From contig JAHJIQ010000013.1 of assembly GCA_018823285.1 (NCBI GenBank), positions 89,593 to 153,592 on the forward strand: 64,000 nt of DNA. The letters run 5' to 3'. Positions 45,576-55,303 of the stretch are shown in pieces. Source of the stretch: Pseudomonadota bacterium (GTDB taxonomy: Bacteria > Desulfobacterota > Desulfobulbia > Desulfobulbales > JAGXFP01). The translations under genes and the position numbers were made by a program. The number at the start of each line of letters is the position of its first letter. The first letter of the stretch is position 1. Below the pieces are notes generated by a model. That model was not told the origin of the DNA, searched no databases, and saw nothing but the letters and a program-made list of their open reading frames with translations.

Positions 45576-47945
45576 ATGAACATCAACGATACCATACCCG
45601 AAGGAATTCCCGAGTTCCCCGATTTTGAAGAACACGATATCCCTGAAGTCATGCCGATGATGGCCGTGCGGGATGTTGTTGTCTTCAATTATATGATCAT
45701 TCCTCTTTTTGTCGGCCGGCCGGCTTCCGTCGGAGCCGTCAATGAGGCCCTGACCAAAGACAAGATGATCATGCTTGCCACCCAGAAGGATGCCACCACC
45801 GACGACCCTGGTGTCGATGACATCTATAAGGTCGGCATGGTCTGCATGATCATGCGGACCCTGAAACTCCCCGATGGTCGGCTGAAAGTTCTGGTCCAGG
45901 CCATGAACAAGGCCAAACTTGTGGAATTCCAGCAGACCGATCCTTTCTTCATCGCCAAGGTCGAACTTCTGAACGATAGCGAAGTGAAGGAGATTACCGT
46001 TGAAATTGAAGCCATGATGCGGACCGTCCGTGAGCAGACGGAGAAGATTCTTTCCCTGAAAGGCATCATGTCTTCGGACCTCATGGTCATCCTGAATAAT
46101 ATTGAGGAACCGGGCCGCCTTGCCGATCTGGTGGTCTCAAATCTGCAATTGAGAACGGCTGAATCCCAGTCCGTTCTCGAGATCAACGACCCGGTCGCCC
46201 GCTTACAACTCGTTTCCGAATATCTGAACAAGGAACTTGAAGTCTCCGTCGTCCAGGCCAAAATCCAATCCGAGGCCAAAGAGGAGATGGGCAAGACCCA
46301 GCGCGAATATTATCTTCGCGAACAACTCCAGGCTTTGAAAAAAGAGCTTGGCGATATCGATGAGCGGTCCCAGGAAATCGATGAACTCCGGGAAAAGCTG
46401 GCCAAGAAGAAATTGCCGCCCTTTACCCGGAAAGAAGCGGAAAAACAGCTCAAAAGACTTGAGATGATGCACCCTGACGCCTCCGAGGCAACCACCGTCA
46501 GAACCTATCTCGATTGGATCCTTGACATTCCCTGGCGGAAATCCACCCGTGACCACCTCGACCTGAAAGAGGCAAAAAAGGTTCTGGATGCCGACCATTA
46601 CGGCCTCGACCGGATCAAGGAACGGATCCTCGAATACCTGGCGGTCCGCAAGCTGAACAAGTCCACCAAAGGTCCTATTCTTTGTTTTGTAGGTCCTCCC
46701 GGGGTCGGCAAGACATCCCTCGGGCAGTCCATCGCCAAGGCACTCGGCCGGAAATTTCATCGCCTTTCTCTCGGCGGCATGCGGGATGAAGCCGAAATCC
46801 GCGGCCATCGCCGGACCTATATCGGCTCGATGCCGGGCCGGATCATCCAGGGCTTGAAAACGGTCGGCTCAAACAATCCCGTATTTATGATGGATGAGAT
46901 CGACAAGGTAGGTTCGGATTACCGGGGCGACCCTTCTTCCGCACTCCTTGAAGTTCTTGATCCCGAACAGAATTTCGAGTTTTCCGACCACTATCTGAAC
47001 ATGCCCTTCGATCTGTCGAAAGTCATGTTTATTACCACCGCCAATATTACCGACACCATTCCGGGGCCACTTCTTGACCGCATGGAGATCATTCGCCTTT
47101 CCGGGTACATGCTCGAGGAAAAGATCGAAATCGCCAACAGATATCTTCTCCCGAGGCAGATCAAGGAGAATGGGATCTCGGCCAAAAATATCGTCATCAC
47201 CAATGAGACGATCAAGGAAATCATTACCCATTACACGCGAGAGGCCGGTTTAAGGAACCTTGAAAGAGAGATCGGCAAGGTCTGCCGGAAACTCGCCAGG
47301 CAAATTGCGGAAGGGAAAAAAGGCCCGTTCGCCATTTCCGGCAGGACCCTCAGCAAATACCTGGGCCCCCCGAAACATATTCCGGAAATGGAGAAGGAAG
47401 CCATAGATCAACCGGGACTTGCCACGGGACTTGCCTGGACCGAAGTCGGCGGCGAAGTTCTTTATATCGAGATCTCGATTCTGAAGGGCAAAGGCAACCT
47501 GATTCTGACCGGGCAGCTCGGAGATGTCATGAAAGAATCCGCCCAGGCGGCTTTGACTTTCTGCCGGTCCCGGGCCAAATTGCTGAAACTCAAGGAAGAC
47601 ATCTTTGAAGAGATGGACATTCATGTCCATGTTCCCGCAGGCGCAATCCCGAAAGACGGACCATCGGCCGGGATCACCATTGCCACGGCTCTTTATTCGG
47701 CCCTGTCGGGAAAAAAGATCCGGCAGGATGTGGCGATGACCGGGGAAATCACCCTGCGCGGCAGGGTTCTGCCCATCGGCGGACTCAGGGAAAAAGCACT
47801 CGCCGCTCTGCGGGCCGACATCAGAAGGGTTATTATTCCTTTTCAGAACAAAAAGGATCTTGACGAAATCCCCAAGGACCTCAGGGACCAGATGGAGTTC
47901 ATCCCGGTTAAAAACATTATGCAGGTCTTCACCCATGTTTTCTAG
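45576..47945 (+). CDS. lon: ATP-dependent Lon protease
   Basis: LON N-domain, AAA+ domain (GPPGVGKTSLGQSIA; FMMDEIDK) and protease domain with the catalytic Ser context (PKDGPSAGITIATAL). AAGGAG RBS. Confidence 0.95.
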   Translation: MNINDTIPEGIPEFPDFEEHDIPEVMPMMAVRDVVVFNYMIIPLFVGRPASVGAVNEALTKDKMIMLATQKDATTDDPGVDDIYKVGMVCMIMRTLKLPDGRLKVLVQAMNKAKLVEFQQTDPFFIAKVELLNDSEVKEITVEIEAMMRTVREQTEKILSLKGIMSSDLMVILNNIEEPGRLADLVVSNLQLRTAESQSVLEINDPVARLQLVSEYLNKELEVSVVQAKIQSEAKEEMGKTQREYYLREQLQALKKELGDIDERSQEIDELREKLAKKKLPPFTRKEAEKQLKRLEMMHPDASEATTVRTYLDWILDIPWRKSTRDHLDLKEAKKVLDADHYGLDRIKERILEYLAVRKLNKSTKGPILCFVGPPGVGKTSLGQSIAKALGRKFHRLSLGGMRDEAEIRGHRRTYIGSMPGRIIQGLKTVGSNNPVFMMDEIDKVGSDYRGDPSSALLEVLDPEQNFEFSDHYLNMPFDLSKVMFITTANITDTIPGPLLDRMEIIRLSGYMLEEKIEIANRYLLPRQIKENGISAKNIVITNETIKEIITHYTREAGLRNLEREIGKVCRKLARQIAEGKKGPFAISGRTLSKYLGPPKHIPEMEKEAIDQPGLATGLAWTEVGGEVLYIEISILKGKGNLILTGQLGDVMKESAQAALTFCRSRAKLLKLKEDIFEEMDIHVHVPAGAIPKDGPSAGITIATALYSALSGKKIRQDVAMTGEITLRGRVLPIGGLREKALAALRADIRRVIIPFQNKKDLDEIPKDLRDQMEFIPVKNIMQVFTHVF

Positions 47946-47963
47946 ACCTGCGCCCATGCCGGC

Positions 47964-48995
47964 ATGAAAGCAAAGGACACTCGACTTAAATTTTTAGTTG
48001 CAGTTGTTCTGCTAGCGGGACTCCTTCCCCTTTTCCTGATCACCACCATCAGTATCTACGGCTTTGCGTCAGGCCCACTTCCCGGGAACTCTGAAGTCGC
48101 ACTGGTTATTTCGCCCGACTCAAGCTTCAGAACCATTACCGCAAAACTTGCGGATGCAAAGGTGATCACACCTGATATCCGGTTTCGACTGCTTGCCGGT
48201 TTCATGGGCGTCACCGGCAGGCTTCGTGCCGGTGAGTACATATTCAAAGGCGGCCAGAACCCTTATCAGGTCCTCCGGCTTCTCCACCAGGGATCCATGG
48301 TTCAGAGAGCCTTGACCATACCGGAAGGGGCGACCCTGCAGCAGATTGCAGCCATTCTGGATCATGGCGGGTGGGTGAAAAAAAACCAGTTTCTGAAGCT
48401 CTGCAAAAGCAGGGAATTTATCTCCGGACTGGACCTCTCCGTCGACAGCCTGGAAGGGTATCTTTTCCCGGACACCTATTTTTTTGAGCGGGGAGGCGTT
48501 TCTCCGGAGAAGATTATCACCACAATGGTCCTGAGAATGCGCGAAATCCTGTCGGAAATTCGGGAAGAACATGACAATCTCAACGGATTTGATCTGCACA
48601 AGTTGCTCACGCTGGCCTCAATCGTCGAAAAAGAAACCGCCCAACCTGACGAACGCCCCCTGATTGCCCGGGTTTTTCTGAACCGCCTGAAAAAAGGGAT
48701 GAAACTGCAGACTGACCCGACAGTCATCTACGGCATTGAGAATTTCAACGGCAACCTGACCCGCAGCGATCTGCAGACCCCAACTCCTTACAACACATAC
48801 CTGTTTAAGGGTTTGCCGCCCGGACCGATCGGCAACCCCGGTAAAGCCGCCATCCTGTCGGTTTTGAACCCAGCCCAGGGTGCTTATTATTATTTTGTTT
48901 CAAAAAATGATGGTTCGCATTATTTTTCCAAAACACTGTCTGAACACAATCAAGCCGTTGCCAGATTTCAGAAACGGCTCTATTCAAGGAAATAA
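47964..48995 (+). CDS. mltG: endolytic murein transglycosylase MltG (YceG-like)
   Basis: N-terminal TM segment. LEGYLFPDTY, LASIVEKE and DPTVIYG blocks typical of the YceG/MltG family. Confidence 0.9.
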   Translation: MKAKDTRLKFLVAVVLLAGLLPLFLITTISIYGFASGPLPGNSEVALVISPDSSFRTITAKLADAKVITPDIRFRLLAGFMGVTGRLRAGEYIFKGGQNPYQVLRLLHQGSMVQRALTIPEGATLQQIAAILDHGGWVKKNQFLKLCKSREFISGLDLSVDSLEGYLFPDTYFFERGGVSPEKIITTMVLRMREILSEIREEHDNLNGFDLHKLLTLASIVEKETAQPDERPLIARVFLNRLKKGMKLQTDPTVIYGIENFNGNLTRSDLQTPTPYNTYLFKGLPPGPIGNPGKAAILSVLNPAQGAYYYFVSKNDGSHYFSKTLSEHNQAVARFQKRLYSRK

Positions 48996-49008
48996 GGAGA
49001 GCACTTCA

Positions 49009-49437
49009 ATGACTTCCATCAGCATACCCCGCGACAACCGCGGCTTTTCTCTGCTTGAGATTATGATCGTTATGGTTATCATCGGGCTGATCGCCGCCAT
49101 GATCGGCCCCGAGTTATGGGGGCGCCTCGGAACCGCCCAACAGAAAGCCGCCAAGACCCAGATCGAGATGCTGCTCACCTCCCTTGATGCGTATCGTCTG
49201 GATGTCGGCAGCTACCCATCACAACAGGAAGGCCTCAACGCCCTGGTAACCAACCCAGGCGCCAACGGGTGGTCCGGTCCCTATCTTGCCAAAGGCTTTG
49301 TCCCCGACGACCCCTGGAAGCATCCTTACATGTACCAGAACCCGGGACAACACGGTGAGGTCGACATCTATTCCCTCGGCAGCGACAACCGCCCAGGCGG
49401 GACCGGGGTTGACGCCGACGTTGTCAGCTGGGAATAA
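49009..49437 (+). CDS. gspG: type II secretion system major pseudopilin GspG
   Basis: Prepilin leader ...NRG/FSLLEIMIVMVIIGLIAA. GspG body (AKTQIEMLLTSLDAYRLDVGSYPS..EGL.AL; DPWKHPYMYQNPGQHGEVDIYSLGSDN.PGG). Internal ATG at 49009 of the 48880..49437 ORF. Confidence 0.85.
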   Translation: MTSISIPRDNRGFSLLEIMIVMVIIGLIAAMIGPELWGRLGTAQQKAAKTQIEMLLTSLDAYRLDVGSYPSQQEGLNALVTNPGANGWSGPYLAKGFVPDDPWKHPYMYQNPGQHGEVDIYSLGSDNRPGGTGVDADVVSWE

Positions 49438-49457
49438 ACAAACCCGACCGACTTCCA

Positions 49458-49483
49458 CATCCCTGCCGACTCCGGCAGGGATG
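49458..49483 (+). terminator. stem-loop downstream of gspG (possible terminator, no U-tract)
   Basis: CATCCCTGCCG-ACTC-CGGCAGGGATG is a perfect 11-bp stem with a 4-nt loop, starting 21 nt after the gspG stop. The following sequence is not T-rich. Confidence 0.4.
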
Positions 49484-49698
49484 CTGTCTCCGCCTTCCCA
49501 ACCTTCCCCTGCCATACAATAGCGCTTCACCAAAATCTTGCATTTCTGCAAACAGTGCTCCGTTTCTTCTCATCTTTCACCTTTAGAATTTCTCCAGAGT
49601 TAGAAAACATTTCTTCTGCGGAGTGCCTGTGTTTCGCCACCGTTCATACTCCTCCCCATGATCAACGAAAGCAATGCACGCCAGACACACCGGATGAT

Positions 49699-49731
49699 AG
49701 TTTGATAATCAAATAAATTGCTTATCAAACT
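49699..49731. promoter_or_regulatory. perfect 10-bp inverted repeat; candidate MarR operator
   Basis: AGTTTGATAA-N13-TTATCAAACT, about 60 nt upstream of the MarR-family gene start. Confidence 0.5.
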
Positions 49732-49788
49732 ATCCCCCGGTATACTTATCACAACATCACCAAATCATGCCGGAGCACAGGACGACCC

Positions 49789-50229
49789 ATGAACCCCCAA
49801 AATGAGCTGTCATCTCTAACCGAGCTGATCTTCACTCTGCATAACCGGGTTACGGTCTGGAAAACCATTTCTGCATCCAACACCGGTCTCTCCCCTTCAC
49901 AGTCGAATGCCCTGGAAATCATCGGCCACAACTATTCCCTTAAAATGAAGGAACTTGCCTCCCAACTCGGCGTGAGCACAGGGACCCTGACCGCGACAAT
50001 CGATCGTCTTGAAAAGAAAAAACTGGTTGTCAGAAAAAACTCAGAACATGATCGGCGTTCAATAATGCTGTATCTTACGGAAAATGGACGCGCTCTTTTT
50101 CTCGACAACTACAAAAAACAGCTGGAATTCACAAGAGCCATGACGACATCTCTGACCGCAGCCGACAAAAAGGCCCTTTTATCCGCGTTGGATTGCATTG
50201 TCGGCAAGCTACGGGAAATGACACCATGA
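49789..50229 (+). CDS. MarR-family transcriptional regulator
   Basis: 146 aa. LSPSQSNALEIIGHN.SLKMKELASQLGVSTGTLTATIDRLEKKKLVVRK....DRR is the winged-HTH MarR pattern. Confidence 0.85.
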   Translation: MNPQNELSSLTELIFTLHNRVTVWKTISASNTGLSPSQSNALEIIGHNYSLKMKELASQLGVSTGTLTATIDRLEKKKLVVRKNSEHDRRSIMLYLTENGRALFLDNYKKQLEFTRAMTTSLTAADKKALLSALDCIVGKLREMTP

Positions 50230-51638
50230 CGGACTACAGCAAAAAGTGGCTGAGATTCATCATTGTCGCGACCGGGGTATTCATGTCCACCTTGGACAGC
50301 TCCATGGTGAATATCGCCTTACCTTTTATCATGAAGGATTTCCAAAGCCCGATGGCAACCACCGGCTGGGTGGTGCTGATCTATCTTCTGACCATTACCT
50401 CCACCCTGTTGTTCTGGGGGCATCTGGCAAACAAATACGGCAGAAGCATGATCTACGGCATCGGGATGCTCATTTTCGGAATTGCCTCCTGGGCCTGCGC
50501 CCTGTCCACGTCATTGGCCTCTCTGATTGTTTTCAGATGCCTGCAGGCCCAGGGTGCTTCAATGATGATGGCAATCGGCCCGGCCATCGTCAAGGAGAGC
50601 TTCCCTCCCGAGCAGCTCGGCCGGGCGCTTGGCCTGATCGGCGTGGCAGTCTCTCTCGGCCTGATGTCCGGCCCTTCTCTGGGGGGAATATTTATTGAGT
50701 ATTTTTCCTGGCGAGCCCTGTTCTACATCACAGTTCCTGTAGGCATTCTCTTTGCCATCCTTGCAAGAAGAATGCTTCCTGCAAACCACTCGCACGCAGC
50801 CGATGAAACTATTGACTGGATCGGCGCCATTACTCTGGCCGGATCACTGTGCGCTTTTACCTATACCATGACCAGAACAGCCGAGCGGGGCTTGACACCT
50901 GTTACTCTTTCTCTTCTGCTGGTTCTTGCAGCGGTTCTCTTACTCATATTTATCAGAACAGAACATCGCTCTGCCAATCCGGTATTGCCCCTGTATCTTT
51001 TCAAAGACCGTTTCTTCAGCTTCGGCATCTTAAGTGCGGTCCTCTCTTTTACCACCCTTTTTACGGCAATCATGCTGATTCCATTCTATCTCGACCGTCT
51101 TCTGGAGTTACCCCCGGTAAAAATCGGCCTGGTAATGATGATCATTCCGGCATCGATCATGATTGTCGCCCCCTTCTCCGGATGGCTTTCCGACAAGGTC
51201 GAGCGCCGGTTCGTCGCCAGTGCCGGACTGCTGATCGGGTCCTGCGCCATGGCATCATTGACCGGGATCACCGCTGAATCCGGCTGGCTTGACATCAGCT
51301 GGAAGCTGGCATTGCTTGGCGGCGGCCAGGCAATGTTTCTGTCACCCAACAGCGCCGCAGTCCTTTCAGGAACAAACGGTCGCTTTACAGGTACCGCAGC
51401 GGCACTTCTCGCCACCAGCAGAAATCTCGGCATGCTCCTCGGTGTCGCTCTGGCGACACTGGTATTTACGGTGGTATTCGGGAAGCTGACCGGCGGCCTC
51501 GACATGAAAGACTCTTCGGCACTACACCGCGCCGAATTCATTACCGCAATAAGAAGCGCCTTTGTGATGGCTGCTACAATCGGAACTGCCGGGATGATCT
51601 TTTCATTCTGCAGGGGACGCAAGACTGTGGAGAAGTGA
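50226..51638 (+). CDS. MFS transporter (DHA2/EmrB-like, ~14 TM)
   Basis: FMSTLDSSMVNIALPFI start typical of the DHA2 family, with many hydrophobic helices. ATG at 50226 overlaps the MarR stop (ATGA). Confidence 0.9.
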   Translation: MTDYSKKWLRFIIVATGVFMSTLDSSMVNIALPFIMKDFQSPMATTGWVVLIYLLTITSTLLFWGHLANKYGRSMIYGIGMLIFGIASWACALSTSLASLIVFRCLQAQGASMMMAIGPAIVKESFPPEQLGRALGLIGVAVSLGLMSGPSLGGIFIEYFSWRALFYITVPVGILFAILARRMLPANHSHAADETIDWIGAITLAGSLCAFTYTMTRTAERGLTPVTLSLLLVLAAVLLLIFIRTEHRSANPVLPLYLFKDRFFSFGILSAVLSFTTLFTAIMLIPFYLDRLLELPPVKIGLVMMIIPASIMIVAPFSGWLSDKVERRFVASAGLLIGSCAMASLTGITAESGWLDISWKLALLGGGQAMFLSPNSAAVLSGTNGRFTGTAAALLATSRNLGMLLGVALATLVFTVVFGKLTGGLDMKDSSALHRAEFITAIRSAFVMAATIGTAGMIFSFCRGRKTVEK

Positions 51639-51748
51639 CCGGAACGACCTTTCTGTACAATAAAACCCTCCACTTTCCGACTTGTCTATGGGGTGATTTA
51701 CTGTCATAAAATGGTTCATAGTCATAGTGGCATTCCATGATGAGAATT

Positions 51749-51892
51749 CAGAAGTCAGTAGCCAGAATCCAGAATGACTGATTTTTTCACCCTTCGGGTA
51801 TAAGTCTCGATGTCTCGCTGGCGAGCTTATCGGTACGAGCAGACAAGCTGCTCAACTCAGCTTTAAGCTTTTCTCCTGGCTCCTGACTTCTG
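51749..51892. repeat. 144-bp element bounded by imperfect ~22-bp terminal inverted repeats
   Basis: Left arm CAGAAGTCAGTAGCCAGAATCC. The reverse complement of the right arm is CAGAAGTCAGGAGCCAGGAGAA. The interior has several short hairpins (e.g. GAGCAG-ACAAG-CTGCTC). It lies in a non-coding gap after the MFS gene. Confidence 0.5.
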
Positions 51893-52042
51893 CCTTCTTG
51901 CGGGATACAGGCACCAAAAAATCGCCAAAACCCCTTTATTATCTGGAGATTATCCTAACTCAGAAAGTTGAGTAATATCTCTTTTTCAAATCGACCGTCA
52001 AGACAAACCGGAGACAATACTTTTAGAGCGTTGGGGGGCAGT

Positions 52043-53131
52043 TCATGCCTCGATGTCAACCAGCGATACTTCACGGAACCGCCCTTTCTTCTCCGCAGTT
52101 TCCTTCATGATTTTTTTCAGTCCGCCATCACATTGTCGACAATTCAAACTCACACGGGCAAAACCGTTTTCATGAAGCAATTTCCTGAGTTCATTGAGGT
52201 TTGCTCTCAGAAAGTCCCGGACTTTTTTATCACCAACCAGAAAACTGCCTATGAGCTCCTCCGGACCAACCTCCAACGAGAGATGAATTTCGCCAAGCCG
52301 GCTCATTTCCAGGAAAAAATCTAAACAGTAGCCGCCTGCAATGCCGCCGGCAGCCCCCTCCTTTCGTTCGGCAAAGAACATCCACTGCCCCCAGCCTTCA
52401 GAAGCCGAGAAAAAACAGGGGAAAACGAAAAAATCCGAAGGCTCGCTCACCGACGCCGACTGGTTAAACACCTTCAGACTTTCAAGAAAACGACCCATCC
52501 TGACCAGACCATCGACATTGTCATGACCGGCTCTGTTTTTCAGGATGCCAGGATTCCCTTCCAAAAGTTCCTGCCAGGCATCAGCCTGTTTCCTGTCATG
52601 AAAATATCCCGCCTCACTCCCGAATACCGACAGGGACTTGAGCATCATCAGGATCTTCCCGGAGTCACTGTCCTCATTCACCCCTGCCCCGGCGAGAAGC
52701 ATCAGCACCTCTTTCACCATTGCCCCCCTGTCGCCCGGCAGTTGATCAACCTGGTAACTCCCGGACAAAAAAGGCTCCAGCAGCTTCAGGGCTTCGCCAA
52801 TTCTGCCGGTATGAGAAAAAAGGTTCCTGAGCAGATCCGCCATGGCCATTTTCCGGACTGCCAGGGACAGGCTCGGCGGGTCGCCCTCTTTGATAACTTC
52901 CAGCACAACCTCGGCTCCTGCCGGAAAGGAGACCTCGCTTCTGGCGGTGATGATTCCACCCTCGGTTTTTAGCTGCAGCAGCCCATCTTTTGCCGCGCCA
53001 AGAACCGTGGCCCTTAGTAACTGACCGGCTTTGAACCCGGGCCCGGAGCGCAAAGCGCCACCGGGTCCCCGATCAATAGCGGAAATCGAAACCTTCAGAA
53101 CCTGCAAAGGAATGCGGGAAGAAATCTTCAT
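52043..53131 (-). CDS. FliK-like (flagellar hook-length control C-terminal domain) protein
   Basis: C-terminal GEIHLSLEVGPEELIGSFLVGDKKVRDFLRANLNELRKLLHENGF resembles the Flg_hook domain (L.P..LG.v.v........f.......r..l...l..L...L...G). N-terminal AGQLLRATVLG....LLQL is also FliK-like. It sits immediately downstream of the hybrid kinase. Confidence 0.6.
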   Translation of the reverse strand: MKISSRIPLQVLKVSISAIDRGPGGALRSGPGFKAGQLLRATVLGAAKDGLLQLKTEGGIITARSEVSFPAGAEVVLEVIKEGDPPSLSLAVRKMAMADLLRNLFSHTGRIGEALKLLEPFLSGSYQVDQLPGDRGAMVKEVLMLLAGAGVNEDSDSGKILMMLKSLSVFGSEAGYFHDRKQADAWQELLEGNPGILKNRAGHDNVDGLVRMGRFLESLKVFNQSASVSEPSDFFVFPCFFSASEGWGQWMFFAERKEGAAGGIAGGYCLDFFLEMSRLGEIHLSLEVGPEELIGSFLVGDKKVRDFLRANLNELRKLLHENGFARVSLNCRQCDGGLKKIMKETAEKKGRFREVSLVDIEA

Positions 53132-53140
53132 CTTGATGAA

Positions 53141-55087
53141 TCAGGAATTGTGCAGCAAGGAAACCGGAAGATAGACCACCACATCGAGACCGCCGGAAGC
53201 GCTTTTCTTGATCTCGGAAAAGCCGCCATGATTTTCAAGCACCTTTTCCACCATGGTCAGCCCCATCCCGGTCCCATAGGTCTTGGTGGTAAAGAAAGGG
53301 TCTGCCGCTTTTTCGATATAATCTTCAGACATCCCGATCCCGGTATCGGAAACGGAGACAATGACCCAATCACTTGTTTTACTGACTACCACTTTCAGGA
53401 AGCCCCCTTCCGGCATAGCTTCCACAGCGTTTTTGAAAAGATGCAAAAAGATCTGCCGGATCTGCTTGGGATTTACGACAACCTTGAGTTCCTGATCATC
53501 ACACTCCAATTCCCACCTGATCTGCTGCTTCTGCATATCCTGCTGGACCAGCATCATGGTTTTTCGCAGCAATCCGTAGAGCACCACAGGCTCCCGACTT
53601 TTCTCATCCTGCTGCTCGGTGTAATCGCAGAGATCATCAAGTATCTTTTCCAGACGGTCTGTTTCAGTGCTGATCACCTCGAGAAACTTTTTCTGCTCCT
53701 CGGTTGCATACTTCCGGTTCAGGATCCTCGCAGATCCGCCGATGGAGGTGATGGGATTCCTGATGGAATGAACAAGCTGTGCCGCCATCTGCCCCAGAGC
53801 GGAATATCGATCAGCTTCAATCAACAGGTCCTTGTTTTTATCAAGTTCCTCATTCAGGCTTTCCAGTTCCTCGATCTTAAGCTGCTGATCACGGTAGAGA
53901 TGGCTGTGTTCAATGGCAAGGCTTGCCTGGCTGGCAAAAAGCTCAAGAGAACCGATGTGGTTGTCGCTAATCGGCTGCCGGGTGACAAAATTGTCGGCGA
54001 TGATCACCCCGAAAGGGCGGCTCGGCGAGAACAGTGGCACAATTACAAAAGTATCTTCATTCAACAGCTCCATCAGCTGATGGGGAACCTGGATCGCTCC
54101 GGAAGCGGCATCATAGCGTCGTTCAACGGCCTCCGGCCAGATACTCTCGCCAAGCAGACTTTCCTGGGAGCGTCTTTCCAGTGGCACCGGCAGACTGCCG
54201 TTGTCCCGGGAAACCCGGATGCTTCTCCTTTCCCGGGCTGCCTTGATCAGGATGTTATCAATGTCGTCAGCGGGAATCCTCAACTCTTTGATGATCCGGT
54301 TCACTTCGCTGTCGGCGCCATTGCAACTGCTCCGAAATTCGTTGACTATCTGCAGGAAGCTTAACGACTTGTCCTGCATCTCGGCCCAGATCTTCCCGGC
54401 ATCATCCCTGCAATCCGGACCGATAGCAAGCCTGCCCTCAAGATACCGGTTATCGTCATCAAACATGGCCAGAAAGGCCCGGTTAAAGCGCAGACCTTCG
54501 TTTGCGGTAATGCCCACCAGAACCGCCTGCAGAATCTCATCGAGTTCCACCGTACTCAGGTAGGCATGATTCATTTTTACGGAGAGCTGATGCAGTACAT
54601 GAATCCTGAAATGGGCTTTTTCAAGATCCTCATGATATTTGCGATTTTCAAAAATCAGACGCCTTTTTTCAAGCGTCTTCTTCACCACGATGAGGATTTC
54701 ACTGAACTGAACCGGCTTGGAGAGATAATCATCCGCACCCTCCCGGATACAGTCGAGAGCAACCTTGAGATCGGCAACCCCTGTCAGCATGATGACCGCC
54801 ACATCAGGATACTTCTCATGAATCTGGGGAAGCAGGGAACGGCCGTCAATATCAGGCAACCCGATATCAAGAAGAACAAGGGCAACTCCGCCCTTATCCA
54901 TCGCCTGGAGAAGCTCTTCAGCGTTGGAAAAATCACCTACTGAAAGGCCCTGGTCTTCCAGAAAGATCTTGAGAGGCTCACGAATGGACGGATCATCATC
55001 GACGATAAATATCTTCTCTCCAGGACCCAATAACTGCCCTGTTGCGAGAGAGGCGTGATGACGAAGTCCGGAAAAATTTCCAACCAT
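53141..55087 (-). CDS. hybrid sensor: REC-GAF-histidine kinase
   Basis: REC domain (IFIVDDDPSIREPL...LVLLDIGLPDIDG). Central GAF-like region. H-box (AAQLVHSIRNPITSIGG). HATPase_c domain (VSDTGIGM; TKTYGTGMGLTMVEKV). Confidence 0.9.
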   Translation of the reverse strand: MVGNFSGLRHHASLATGQLLGPGEKIFIVDDDPSIREPLKIFLEDQGLSVGDFSNAEELLQAMDKGGVALVLLDIGLPDIDGRSLLPQIHEKYPDVAVIMLTGVADLKVALDCIREGADDYLSKPVQFSEILIVVKKTLEKRRLIFENRKYHEDLEKAHFRIHVLHQLSVKMNHAYLSTVELDEILQAVLVGITANEGLRFNRAFLAMFDDDNRYLEGRLAIGPDCRDDAGKIWAEMQDKSLSFLQIVNEFRSSCNGADSEVNRIIKELRIPADDIDNILIKAARERRSIRVSRDNGSLPVPLERRSQESLLGESIWPEAVERRYDAASGAIQVPHQLMELLNEDTFVIVPLFSPSRPFGVIIADNFVTRQPISDNHIGSLELFASQASLAIEHSHLYRDQQLKIEELESLNEELDKNKDLLIEADRYSALGQMAAQLVHSIRNPITSIGGSARILNRKYATEEQKKFLEVISTETDRLEKILDDLCDYTEQQDEKSREPVVLYGLLRKTMMLVQQDMQKQQIRWELECDDQELKVVVNPKQIRQIFLHLFKNAVEAMPEGGFLKVVVSKTSDWVIVSVSDTGIGMSEDYIEKAADPFFTTKTYGTGMGLTMVEKVLENHGGFSEIKKSASGGLDVVVYLPVSLLHNS

Positions 55088-55215
55088 AATAAATTCTGCC
55101 CAGCAAACAGGAATGATTGTTTAATATTCTATCTACAGGCTATGTGGCCGACGGAGTATAGTCAAGGAAAATCACCGGCCATCGCAAAGTGCAGCCCTTT
55201 TCACCGGAATTGAAG

Positions 55216-55265
55216 CTCCCCGCGGCAGATCAGCAAACGGAGTGCGACTTCGAGCCACGGGGAAT
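55216..55265. repeat. dispersed palindromic repeat unit, copy B1
   Basis: CTCCCCGCGGCAGATCAGCAAACGGAGTGCGACTTCGAGCCACGGGGAAT, closed by the stem CCCCGCGG/CCACGGGG (one mismatch). Confidence 0.55.
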
Positions 55266-55303
55266 CTCCGTATGGAAGGTTACTTACATCAGATTCGCTC
55301 ACT

